Shown one piece after another: positions 26,730 through 34,531 of a stretch of DNA of 34,531 nucleotides (the stretch's first letter is position 1; every line of letters begins with the position of its first letter). The stretch is from positions 1 through 34,531 of IMG/VR virus record IMGVR_UViG_3300027932_000003; one strand, 5' to 3'. The DNA is from a virus. The notes beneath the pieces were generated by a model. It saw only the letters and a program-made list of their open reading frames with translations. It had not been told where the DNA came from and did not search any database. The position numbers and the translations under genes are program-made.

Positions 26730-27812
26730 ATGAGTGGTGATATTTTATTGCAAACTCCAATTTATTACGTTTATCCACAACATCATGATGTTTCTTTTAA
26801 GTTTGTAGCAAAAGAACATATAAAAATGCTAAAAGAAAAATATACAGTTTACGAAATTCCTGCTTTATCATTTTATCAATTTACTCCTTTCAAATATCCA
26901 ATTTCAATTATTCATCCATTCTTTTATTCAATGTGGCATTGGGGTAACGTTGAATTTTCATTCTTTGAACAATATAGATCTAAAGTTAGTCAAATAATAG
27001 GAGTTGAAGTAGCTGACAGTGATAGAATTTCAGAAAAATTTATAGATTATGCAAATAATTATGCAGATAGACTAATTGGAAATTCTGAATGGACATTAAA
27101 CGCTTTTAAAAATTCTGGACTAAAAATTCCAATTTTTAAAGTTGTTCATAATTTTAATGAGAGATTATTGGCGAAAAATGATGAATTAAAAGTTGATGAA
27201 CAAGTTAAATATATTGAAAAAGTAAAGAAAGAGAAAAATATAAAACTAGTAATGATATCGCTTTGGCATTCTGATTACAGAAAAGGAGCTGATTTATTTC
27301 ACGTAATTGTAAAAGAAATACAAAAAGAAAGAGATGATATTTATTTTCTAGTCAAATCAGGCGGGCCGAGGACAGATTTTCAAGACCTCAAAATGTTTAA
27401 CCTAACAGGAAATACAGATTTTGATAATATCGTAAAAATGTATAGAATTTCTGACTTGTATTTACTAACTTCAAGAGGCGGAAGTTTTGAATTAAACGGT
27501 TTAGAAGCTTTTGTATCAAAAATTCCAGTTGTAGCAACTAAAGGAGGAGCATGGCAAGAGTATTTTCCTTCACAATTGAAAGATTTATTAATTGATAGTT
27601 GTGATTATCCAACAGTTTTACCAGGAAATCCAATTCATATAGGAAAAGGAGTGGAAATGTGCATAAATGACGCTATAGATAAAATATTAGAAGTTTTAGA
27701 TAAATTAGATGAATATAAGGCAAAAATTGAGGAGAACTATAATTTTTGGCTAGAAAATTTTAGTTATGAAACTGTAAAAAAACAATTGTTTAACACATTA
27801 GAAAAATCTTAA
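26730..27812 (+). CDS. putative GT-B glycosyltransferase (360 aa)
   Basis: TSRGGSFELNGLEAFVSKIPVVAT resembles the C-terminal sugar-donor region of GT4 enzymes; aaggacgtggt upstream of the ATG. Confidence 0.55.
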   Translation: MSGDILLQTPIYYVYPQHHDVSFKFVAKEHIKMLKEKYTVYEIPALSFYQFTPFKYPISIIHPFFYSMWHWGNVEFSFFEQYRSKVSQIIGVEVADSDRISEKFIDYANNYADRLIGNSEWTLNAFKNSGLKIPIFKVVHNFNERLLAKNDELKVDEQVKYIEKVKKEKNIKLVMISLWHSDYRKGADLFHVIVKEIQKERDDIYFLVKSGGPRTDFQDLKMFNLTGNTDFDNIVKMYRISDLYLLTSRGGSFELNGLEAFVSKIPVVATKGGAWQEYFPSQLKDLLIDSCDYPTVLPGNPIHIGKGVEMCINDAIDKILEVLDKLDEYKAKIEENYNFWLENFSYETVKKQLFNTLEKS

Positions 27813-27838
27813 ATTGGTCATAAAACTCAAACTGTAAC

Positions 27839-29035
27839 ATGGAATTTAAAAGAAAAAGTTCAGGCATAATAAAAAGTTTTAGCTCATTAGACATTTTTTC
27901 TATAAACCTACTTTACATGGGAATTTTAAGCGGTATAAGTTATCCTCTTTTTGTCTCAAGTCTTCTAAAATCTGTAAATTTACTATTTGCAATTTTGATA
28001 GGTGCAATTTTTGGAATTCCGTTACTTGCAATGTATTATTTACTGACTAAAAAAATTCCGCTTAATGGAGGAGATTATGCGTACATTAGATCTTCATTTT
28101 CTCCAAAATTCTATACAGTTTTTGGAATTTCGCTCTGGTTAATTTATGTATTTTCAGCACCAGTTTTATCAAACCTTGTATTGTTAAATTTCAATATTCC
28201 AATATTCGATAAGTTTTTAATTTCAGAACTATTACTTGGGACTGCGTTACTTAGTGTTAGCAAAAAAACAATTTATGCTTATATTGTTGACGCTATCGCA
28301 ATTTTACAAATAATCGTTTCGCTAATCTTGCCAATTTCAAGTTTCCATTTTCAAATTCAAAATTTTACAATATCCAATACTCTATTATCGGCATTATTAT
28401 TTGATTTATCTATGTTTTTATTTCTAAATGCAATTAGTTACATAGCAGGAGAAACAAAAAACATAAACAAAAATGCGAAAATCGGATATTTTGTAAGTTA
28501 TTTAGTAGTTACAATTTTAGCAGTATTGGACAGTTATTCAAATCTAAATATATTATTTCTACTAATGCCGATATGGTTTATGAGTTATATTTTTGTTACT
28601 TCTATGATTCAGAGTAGACTAGTTCAAAATTTAGCATTTGATAAAATCTTACCTGAAAAATTTGCAAAAATAACGCCTAATGCTTTACTGTTAATCTTTA
28701 TCGCTGATACAATTACAAACGTTTTAGAAAATCTTCTAAATTTTACAATTTCATTTGGTCTTGATGGCCTGTTATTTATTTTCTGGAACTTTATAATTGT
28801 TAGTTTTGCATTTCTGAAATTGACAAATAAAAAACTATTATTTTCAATAGTAATGATTAGTCTAATTTTACAGATCTTCTTATTCTTTTATTTAGGATTA
28901 CAAAATAGCGTATTTTATAATTTTGTAATTGAGGGAAACATACTATATACAATATTAAGAATATTGATAATGCCAATTGTTGGAGGAATTATTTACTTAT
29001 TGAGGAGAAAAGTGATAAATGTTGAATTAAAATGA
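27839..29035 (+). CDS. polytopic membrane protein, possible flippase/transporter (398 aa)
   Basis: At least 10 hydrophobic segments by eye; sits between a glycosyltransferase gene and 29032..29934, overlapping the latter by 4 nt. Confidence 0.6.
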   Translation: MEFKRKSSGIIKSFSSLDIFSINLLYMGILSGISYPLFVSSLLKSVNLLFAILIGAIFGIPLLAMYYLLTKKIPLNGGDYAYIRSSFSPKFYTVFGISLWLIYVFSAPVLSNLVLLNFNIPIFDKFLISELLLGTALLSVSKKTIYAYIVDAIAILQIIVSLILPISSFHFQIQNFTISNTLLSALLFDLSMFLFLNAISYIAGETKNINKNAKIGYFVSYLVVTILAVLDSYSNLNILFLLMPIWFMSYIFVTSMIQSRLVQNLAFDKILPEKFAKITPNALLLIFIADTITNVLENLLNFTISFGLDGLLFIFWNFIIVSFAFLKLTNKKLLFSIVMISLILQIFLFFYLGLQNSVFYNFVIEGNILYTILRILIMPIVGGIIYLLRRKVINVELK

Positions 29036-29934
29036 AATTGATTTTTGGATTAAGTTCAACATTATCATATATTTTAAAAACAAATTTTCCAATTTTAGTT
29101 AATCAACTAAGATTTAAAAGAAAAACATGGAAAAATGAAACATGGATTGATAGTGGCGGATATCAAATTATAATGCATAATCTAAAAATTTCTGTAAATG
29201 ATGTCTTGCAAAAGTATAAAAGTGTTAATGCTTACGCATTTTTTTCGCTTGATATTCCTAGCGTTTTTTCGCCAATTGATAAACGAAACTTTGAATATTT
29301 CGAATATCTATATACGAAAATTGAGTATATAGAAAAGATTATACCAGTTTTACATATTTATTCACTTCAAGATATAGATGAAGCAATTGATTTTTATAAA
29401 CAATACAGTTATTATTTTGCAATTGGTGGTATAATGACTTCTAGCAAAATGAAAGTTTTACAATATACATTTCCATGGGTTTATTATATAAAAAGAAAAG
29501 TTCCATATCTCCATATTTTAGGCATGTCATCTCCATATTTTTTACAAATTTTTAATAATATGCAAAGCATGGATACCGCAATTTGTTCAACAATTTCAAC
29601 ATTTAAAGAAATAATTTGGTTTGATAGTTCTAGGAGATATGTTGGAAATATGAAAACAAAAAGGGAAAGATATAAAATTACAAAAGAAGAAAAAGAACAA
29701 TTATTTGAATTTTTAGACAAACATAACTTTCAATTTAACTATGATTTAAGTAATAGAAATATTCTAGAACTTATAAATGCATATATGTTATTATATAATA
29801 ATTGGAAAATTAAGAATAAATATACAGAATATGCAGAAAAACTTAGAAAAATGGGACTAGATAGTTTGACAAGTGAGTTAATTAGAAATTATAAAATTGC
29901 AAATGAAATATTAAAACAGAAAAGAGAAAAATAG
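29032..29934 (+). CDS. hypothetical protein (300 aa)
   Basis: ATG ORF translationally coupled to the membrane protein gene. Confidence 0.55.
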   Translation: MKLIFGLSSTLSYILKTNFPILVNQLRFKRKTWKNETWIDSGGYQIIMHNLKISVNDVLQKYKSVNAYAFFSLDIPSVFSPIDKRNFEYFEYLYTKIEYIEKIIPVLHIYSLQDIDEAIDFYKQYSYYFAIGGIMTSSKMKVLQYTFPWVYYIKRKVPYLHILGMSSPYFLQIFNNMQSMDTAICSTISTFKEIIWFDSSRRYVGNMKTKRERYKITKEEKEQLFEFLDKHNFQFNYDLSNRNILELINAYMLLYNNWKIKNKYTEYAEKLRKMGLDSLTSELIRNYKIANEILKQKREK

Positions 29935-29948
29935 AAGATAAAAAAATA

Positions 29949-30503
29949 TTAACTTAACAATTTGTCTAATTCTTCATCATAAATTACTTCAACTTTTCCG
30001 TCTTTGACAATTATTTTGCCACTAAGATTTTCGCCGAAATAATGTAGTAACATTCCAAATCCTGTTGTTCTAGTTCTTCCGCTAATTTTGTATTCAATTT
30101 CTGCATTATTGTTACACCAAAGATGTTTCACATAGCCTAATGAGCCTGCAGGAGACATTAGTACGCTAGTTTGCTGACACTCACCAGAATTAATTTTTAC
30201 ACTTACATCTCCTCTAAATCCACTAGGAATTTCGATTAAGTATAATGTCGAATTTGGCTCATATTTTATCACTAAAGTTCCTTTTTCAGTTTGAATCATT
30301 TTGGCATTTGATAATTTTAATGCAATTGAACTAACTGACTCAAATTCTATAAAACTTCCATTCCCATCACTTTTAACAAACCTTCCGCTGATATAAATAA
30401 TTCTGCCTCTTTTTCTGGAACCAATACCAGTAAGATCTAATTGTTTATCTTCAAAATATGGATATTTTCCATCTTTTAAACTAACTGGAACTTTGTAACT
30501 CAC
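29949..30503 (-). CDS. hypothetical protein (184 aa), GTG start
   Basis: No in-frame ATG before residue 69; GTG at 30503 is preceded by gaggtaat; 10 nt after the upstream gene. Confidence 0.5.
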   Translation of the reverse strand: MSYKVPVSLKDGKYPYFEDKQLDLTGIGSRKRGRIIYISGRFVKSDGNGSFIEFESVSSIALKLSNAKMIQTEKGTLVIKYEPNSTLYLIEIPSGFRGDVSVKINSGECQQTSVLMSPAGSLGYVKHLWCNNNAEIEYKISGRTRTTGFGMLLHYFGENLSGKIIVKDGKVEVIYDEELDKLLS

Positions 30504-30513
30504 TTTTATTACC

Positions 30514-31236
30514 TCAATCTGTTTTATTTTTCCTTGGTCTTGGATGTGTAATTAAATAATATTTATTTCCGCTTAACATAACCGAATTTTCACCATGATC
30601 TGGAGATTTAATAACAAATACAGTAGCGTCTTGTGGATGTACTAAAAACGTAGAACCAGGTGTTGAAAATAAATCAGTAGCTAATACAGTATTTGAAAAT
30701 TGTATTTCATGATTATAAATTGTTAAACTACTTACATGATTGAGACTAAGATTTAATTCACCATTTGGCGGTGGAACTTCATAAATTTCTAGATTTCCTT
30801 GATTATATGTCAAATGAAATTCGTATAATTGACCTTTTATGAAATAATCATAAACTTCTATTGAATAATTGCTATAAGAAATTAATAATTCTTTTGAACT
30901 AAGATTTAAAAGTTCTAGTTCTTTTAATATAATGTTTTTCATATCTTCTAAACTTCTTGTAATTTTATTTCTTCTATAGACAGATATTATTGGCGATACT
31001 GGCGTATAATATATTCCTTTTACTTCATCCAATTGATCATCAATATTTCTAAAACATCCATTAAATGTCATACCGCTTCTTGAAACATATTTAGAACAAT
31101 TAATAAAATGATTAGATATTAACGAAATTTTGGTAACTTGACCATTTGTATGTTTCAACATAAAAACGATTGGCAAATATTTAATTTGTTTTAAAATTTT
31201 AACTTCATATTTTTTAACTTGATCTTCTTGAGACAT
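30514..31236 (-). CDS. hypothetical protein (about 240 aa)
   Basis: ORF track start 31248 is GTG; ATG 31236 is preceded by aggtga and by tttaaatttGTCATAtagc. Confidence 0.55.
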   Translation of the reverse strand: MSQEDQVKKYEVKILKQIKYLPIVFMLKHTNGQVTKISLISNHFINCSKYVSRSGMTFNGCFRNIDDQLDEVKGIYYTPVSPIISVYRRNKITRSLEDMKNIILKELELLNLSSKELLISYSNYSIEVYDYFIKGQLYEFHLTYNQGNLEIYEVPPPNGELNLSLNHVSSLTIYNHEIQFSNTVLATDLFSTPGSTFLVHPQDATVFVIKSPDHGENSVMLSGNKYYLITHPRPRKNKTD

Positions 31237-31322
31237 ACGATCTATCACCTGTAAAATATCATATGCTATATGACAAATTTAAAGCATTCGAAAAGTCTCG
31301 ATTTAGAAAAATATAAAAAAAA

Positions 31323-31607
31323 TTATTTTTCATAATATTCTATTGTAATTCTATCAATTGGAAAATCATATCCTGTTATCATCTCTAAAGTTTTCCTAGG
31401 CTCTCTGACTAGTAAGCAAAATAATTCATCAAAATTTTTAACTCCAAAATCTTCATAAATACTACTACTGAAATCTCTAACTTCTCTGTTAATTTCAGTC
31501 TCGATTAAACAATATTTTTGTTCATAATCTGTAATAAAATAACTTTCTTCTTCTGATAAAATAATTCTAAAACCATAGTTATATTTTTCAACTATTATAT
31601 CAACCAT
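31323..31607 (-). CDS. hypothetical protein (94 aa)
   Basis: ATG ORF with aggtgaagg upstream; second gene of a two-gene unit. Confidence 0.5.
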   Translation of the reverse strand: MVDIIVEKYNYGFRIILSEEESYFITDYEQKYCLIETEINREVRDFSSSIYEDFGVKNFDELFCLLVREPRKTLEMITGYDFPIDRITIEYYEK

Positions 31608-31623
31608 TTTTCCTTCACCTCAT

Positions 31624-31920
31624 TTAACAATTAATTGTCCAGTCTCTATTTCCATATTTTTCCTCAAACTCTTGGTATTTTCTTTGTTTTAATAATTTTA
31701 TAATTTTTTTAACTTCTTCTTCTGTAATTTTTAAACAATTCCTTCCATTATAATGGCTAATTGTAATTGTCGGAGTAACTTTGTCACGGTTTACTGTTTC
31801 AACTTGAACATAATATTCGCCATTTTTTTCAACAATATAATAATAATAATCTTCAAACTTAGTTTTTACTTTTTTAGAATAAATTATCTTCCTATCTTCT
31901 TGATTTGAACTTTCGGACAT
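31624..31920 (-). CDS. hypothetical protein (98 aa)
   Basis: ATG ORF; promoter tttttatatttGTCATAaaag then aggtga. Confidence 0.5.
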   Translation of the reverse strand: MSESSNQEDRKIIYSKKVKTKFEDYYYYIVEKNGEYYVQVETVNRDKVTPTITISHYNGRNCLKITEEEVKKIIKLLKQRKYQEFEEKYGNRDWTINC

Positions 31921-32009
31921 TTAACTCATCACCTGTAAATTAACATAACTTTTATGACAAATATAAAAATATCTTAAGCTTTCGATTTATAAAAAAGAAA
32001 AAAATAATA

Positions 32010-32474
32010 TTAATCTTTGATAAATTCGATTCTATAATTTTTCTTCAAAAGATAATATACTTTAAAATAGAAAGGATCAGCGTGACTGACAATAGATTCT
32101 GGTACCATCTTCAGTAAAGCAATGATATCTTCTGGAACATTATATTCATTAGAATAGTAAATGATTACTTTATTTTCTTTGCCTTCAAATCTATGCCAGA
32201 AATACGCTCTTTTGTAATATATGATATAATTATGAAACCCATTATTCCACTCATCATATGCTATATACTTTATATTATCATCATTAACAAAAATTACAGA
32301 ACTAATATATCGATCATTTACAACATTTCTTAATTTTTCAAATAGATATTCCTTAAGCTCCTTATAATTTGCTTTTTGTATTTCATTCCATAACTGAATA
32401 ATTTCATATCTCAAAATCTCTAATTGATTAATTATTTGATTTATTTTTTCTAATTGTTGATCAAATCTATTCAT
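32010..32474 (-). CDS. hypothetical protein (about 154 aa)
   Basis: ORF track start 32480 is GTG; ATG 32474 follows ttttaaatttGTCATAatac. Confidence 0.5.
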   Translation of the reverse strand: MNRFDQQLEKINQIINQLEILRYEIIQLWNEIQKANYKELKEYLFEKLRNVVNDRYISSVIFVNDDNIKYIAYDEWNNGFHNYIIYYKRAYFWHRFEGKENKVIIYYSNEYNVPEDIIALLKMVPESIVSHADPFYFKVYYLLKKNYRIEFIKD

Positions 32475-32651
32475 TTTCACTTCTCACCAAATCAATTCAC
32501 GTATTATGACAAATTTAAAAATGTCTTTACTTTTCGATTTGCAAACTTTCTAAAATATTAGTAATTTTATTTAAAGCCTGAGAAAAATTAAGCATGGAGA
32601 AAGAAAACAAAAAACAAAAAAATAAAAAATAAAGAATACGAAAGAAAAAAA

Positions 32652-32966
32652 TTAGTATATATTCCAAATCAATAAAGCAATTAACTTCAATATTTCTTCA
32701 CGCGTACCTTCAATTACTTTTTCATTATCAAAACTCTGACTGACCTTATACAATTGTGCAATCTTCTGCAAAATTTTAATAACGTCTAAATCTTGTGGAT
32801 TTAAGTACTGATAATAAACTTCATTTTCACCATGTTTTATCTTTATAACTAATTTGTTATACTCTATATGCTTACCTTGCACTTGTTCTAACTGAATTAA
32901 AAAATTAACATTAACTTGTTGTTCCAATACCTCTTTCATTTGACTTTGACTTTTTTCTTGACTCAT
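32652..32966 (-). CDS. hypothetical protein (about 104 aa), diverged paralog of 1567..1764
   Basis: Driven by the right-ITR copy of the promoter; ATG 32966 is 39 nt from the mirrored TATA (ATG 32978 is also possible); product shares KE(L/V), VYYQY / FYYSF and DxxIKI segments with the left-end 65-aa protein. Confidence 0.45.
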   Translation of the reverse strand: MSQEKSQSQMKEVLEQQVNVNFLIQLEQVQGKHIEYNKLVIKIKHGENEVYYQYLNPQDLDVIKILQKIAQLYKVSQSFDNEKVIEGTREEILKLIALLIWNIY

Positions 32967-32992
32967 CTTTTTCACCATTATCTATTATCTCT

Positions 32993-34531
32993 AAACTCAT
33001 ATTTAAATCTTTCTCTACCTTTTCATGTCTTCATTTTTCGACTTATAATTATGTTATTTTTGATGATCATTATATTTTCTTTCATAAATGACTTTCCCAT
33101 GAATTTTTAATACACCAGTTCTATCAAATTCAGCTAACGCATTCAAATACTCCTTGTAAGCTTTGATAATATAATCTATTCTATTATGCATTCTTTCTAA
33201 AATTTTTTTCTGCTCAGCAGTTAATTTATGTACTCTTGTCATTTTTTATCATCTACAAATCATCATATATTATATGACGAATATAAAACATTCTCTATCT
33301 CCTTAACTCTTATCGCCACCTCTCTCTATAGAGAACGTGTAAATTCTGTCTCTCCAATTTCTCTCATAACACCAAACATAAATTGTTTCCTAACGGTGAA
33401 AAATCCTAAAAAAACCTATTTTAGGTTTGACTATAATTTATTAATTATAAACTACTAACTACATAACTATATAATTATTATATTGAATAACTAGATAGTT
33501 TCCATATTCTCTAAATTATTAAATCTCCTTACAATTTTTACCATAAAATACTGATATAAATCCAAACTGTATACAGAATCTTCTATTGAATTGAAAGAAA
33601 AAAAGAAACTATATTTTACACTTGAACTACAAAACTATAATTATTATATTATAAACTACTAATTAGTAGTTAGCTAATTATATAATTATATAACTTCATA
33701 ATTATATAATTATCTAATTTAAATGTTAATAATAATATATATAAAAAAATAATAATAAGAAGAAAGATAATGCCCACTAACAATACTAAATGCTTTCTTC
33801 TGGTATATAAACTTTTCTTTCTAAACTTCCAATTTCTCCAACACTAAACGCAAAAAACTAACAACACATAACGATTTGAATAAATATAACAAATTAACAA
33901 TATGTTTAGTATCTTTCTAACTTTAAATTGAGGTTTTGGTTTGCTAGAATTAAGAAATTAAATAAATTATGAATATGTTTAGTAACTAAAAACTTTAAAT
34001 TGTGGGTTTGGTTCCCTCCAAATTATAAATTATAATATTATAGTTAGTAGTTATTAATATCCACAAATTAACATTTATTACAAATTTCCAAAGTTTGAAT
34101 TTGCAAATTTTATATTACAAATTTCACTAAATGACAGATTAATTGTAATTTAGGAATTTAGAAAATTAGTATTTTTTATCATAGTTGAAAAATTATTTGG
34201 AAATGTAGAATTATTTGGAATTTAGGAATTTCCAATTTTTTAACTTTTTTGCAGAAAATGATAGATTATTTCAAATTTAGGAAATTAGGAATTTACAATT
34301 TTTCTCATTTTTTGCACAATTTACGCAAAATGACAGATTAATTGGAATTTTGGAAGTTTGAATTTTTTGCACCGCTCCAATTATTATTTGGAGGTGTAGA
34401 ATTAATTGGAATTTCCAATTTATTGCGAAAGTTGGGAAATTTGCGAAAAAAACGAAAAAAACGAAAGAAATTGGAATTTTCAATTTTTTGCATTAGTTGT
34501 GAAATTTTCGCAGAAAATGAAAAAAACTACA
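32993..34531. repeat. Right inverted terminal repeat (ITR)
   Basis: Mirror copy of 1..1539; the window ends with the reverse complement of its first bases. Confidence 0.85.
33054..33242 (-). CDS. ITR-encoded hypothetical protein (62 aa), right copy
   Basis: Identical translation to 1290..1478; mirrored promoter. Confidence 0.5.
   Translation of the reverse strand: MTRVHKLTAEQKKILERMHNRIDYIIKAYKEYLNALAEFDRTGVLKIHGKVIYERKYNDHQK

Noticed and set aside
29484-29720. 78-aa minus-strand ORF
   Set aside because: Nested antisense inside 29032..29934.
31624-31920. 98-aa ORF as the pyramid (PVAP) protein on the basis of length
   Set aside because: The product is hydrophilic with no TM helix, so the length match alone is not sufficient.
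32916-33110. 64-aa plus-strand ORF
   Set aside because: Antisense across the ITR boundary and the start of the minus-strand gene; hydrophobic low-complexity translation.
1-34531. CRISPR array, tRNA/rRNA genes, integrase or attachment sites
   Set aside because: No regularly spaced direct repeats with unique spacers, no cloverleaf-like GC-rich segments, and no tyrosine/serine recombinase-like ORF seen; the ITRs argue for a free linear genome rather than an integrated element.
1-34531. dUTPase or thymidylate synthase genes reported in some rudiviruses
   Set aside because: I did not see dUTPase motifs (for example GxxDxDYRG / RGxxGFGSTG) or the ThyX RHR motif in any ORF; absence is by eye only and should be confirmed by profile search.

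Overview
The window appears to be a complete linear dsDNA genome of a rudivirus-like archaeal virus (Sulfolobus/Saccharolobus islandicus rod-shaped virus type), not a cellular region. It is strongly AT-rich and bounded by perfect inverted terminal repeats: bases 1..1539 are the reverse complement of 32993..34531 (checked by hand at the ends and the inner boundary; the duplicated ORF translations agree). Family assignment rests on recognisable proteins: a 134-aa major capsid protein (10003..10407), an HUH rolling-circle Rep with HYH and YxxK motifs (7610..7954), an Hjc-type Holliday junction resolvase (16681..17064), a leftward SSB / P-loop ATPase / Cas4-like nuclease operon (4799..7165), GT-B glycosyltransferases, an FkbM-like methyltransferase, and large minor-structural proteins of 1058, 582 and about 470 aa. 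Most promoters carry a TATA element followed directly by TGTCATA, which I recall as a SIRV promoter signature. No rRNA, tRNA, CRISPR array or integrase was seen. Points most worth follow-up: a left-arm array of small, individually promoted genes (1540..4260) that could hold anti-defence genes; a tandem overlapping ribbon-helix-helix gene pair missed by the ORF track (8342..8646); small membrane proteins including a candidate egress-pyramid (PVAP-like) protein; two paralogous winged-helix genes; three C2H2 zinc-finger genes; and an ITR-embedded promoter that drives diverged paralogous genes at each end. The ORF track uses TTG/GTG starts for several ORFs, so I moved those starts to the first in-frame ATG where promoter spacing supports it. 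All functional calls are from motifs read by eye; no database search was run.
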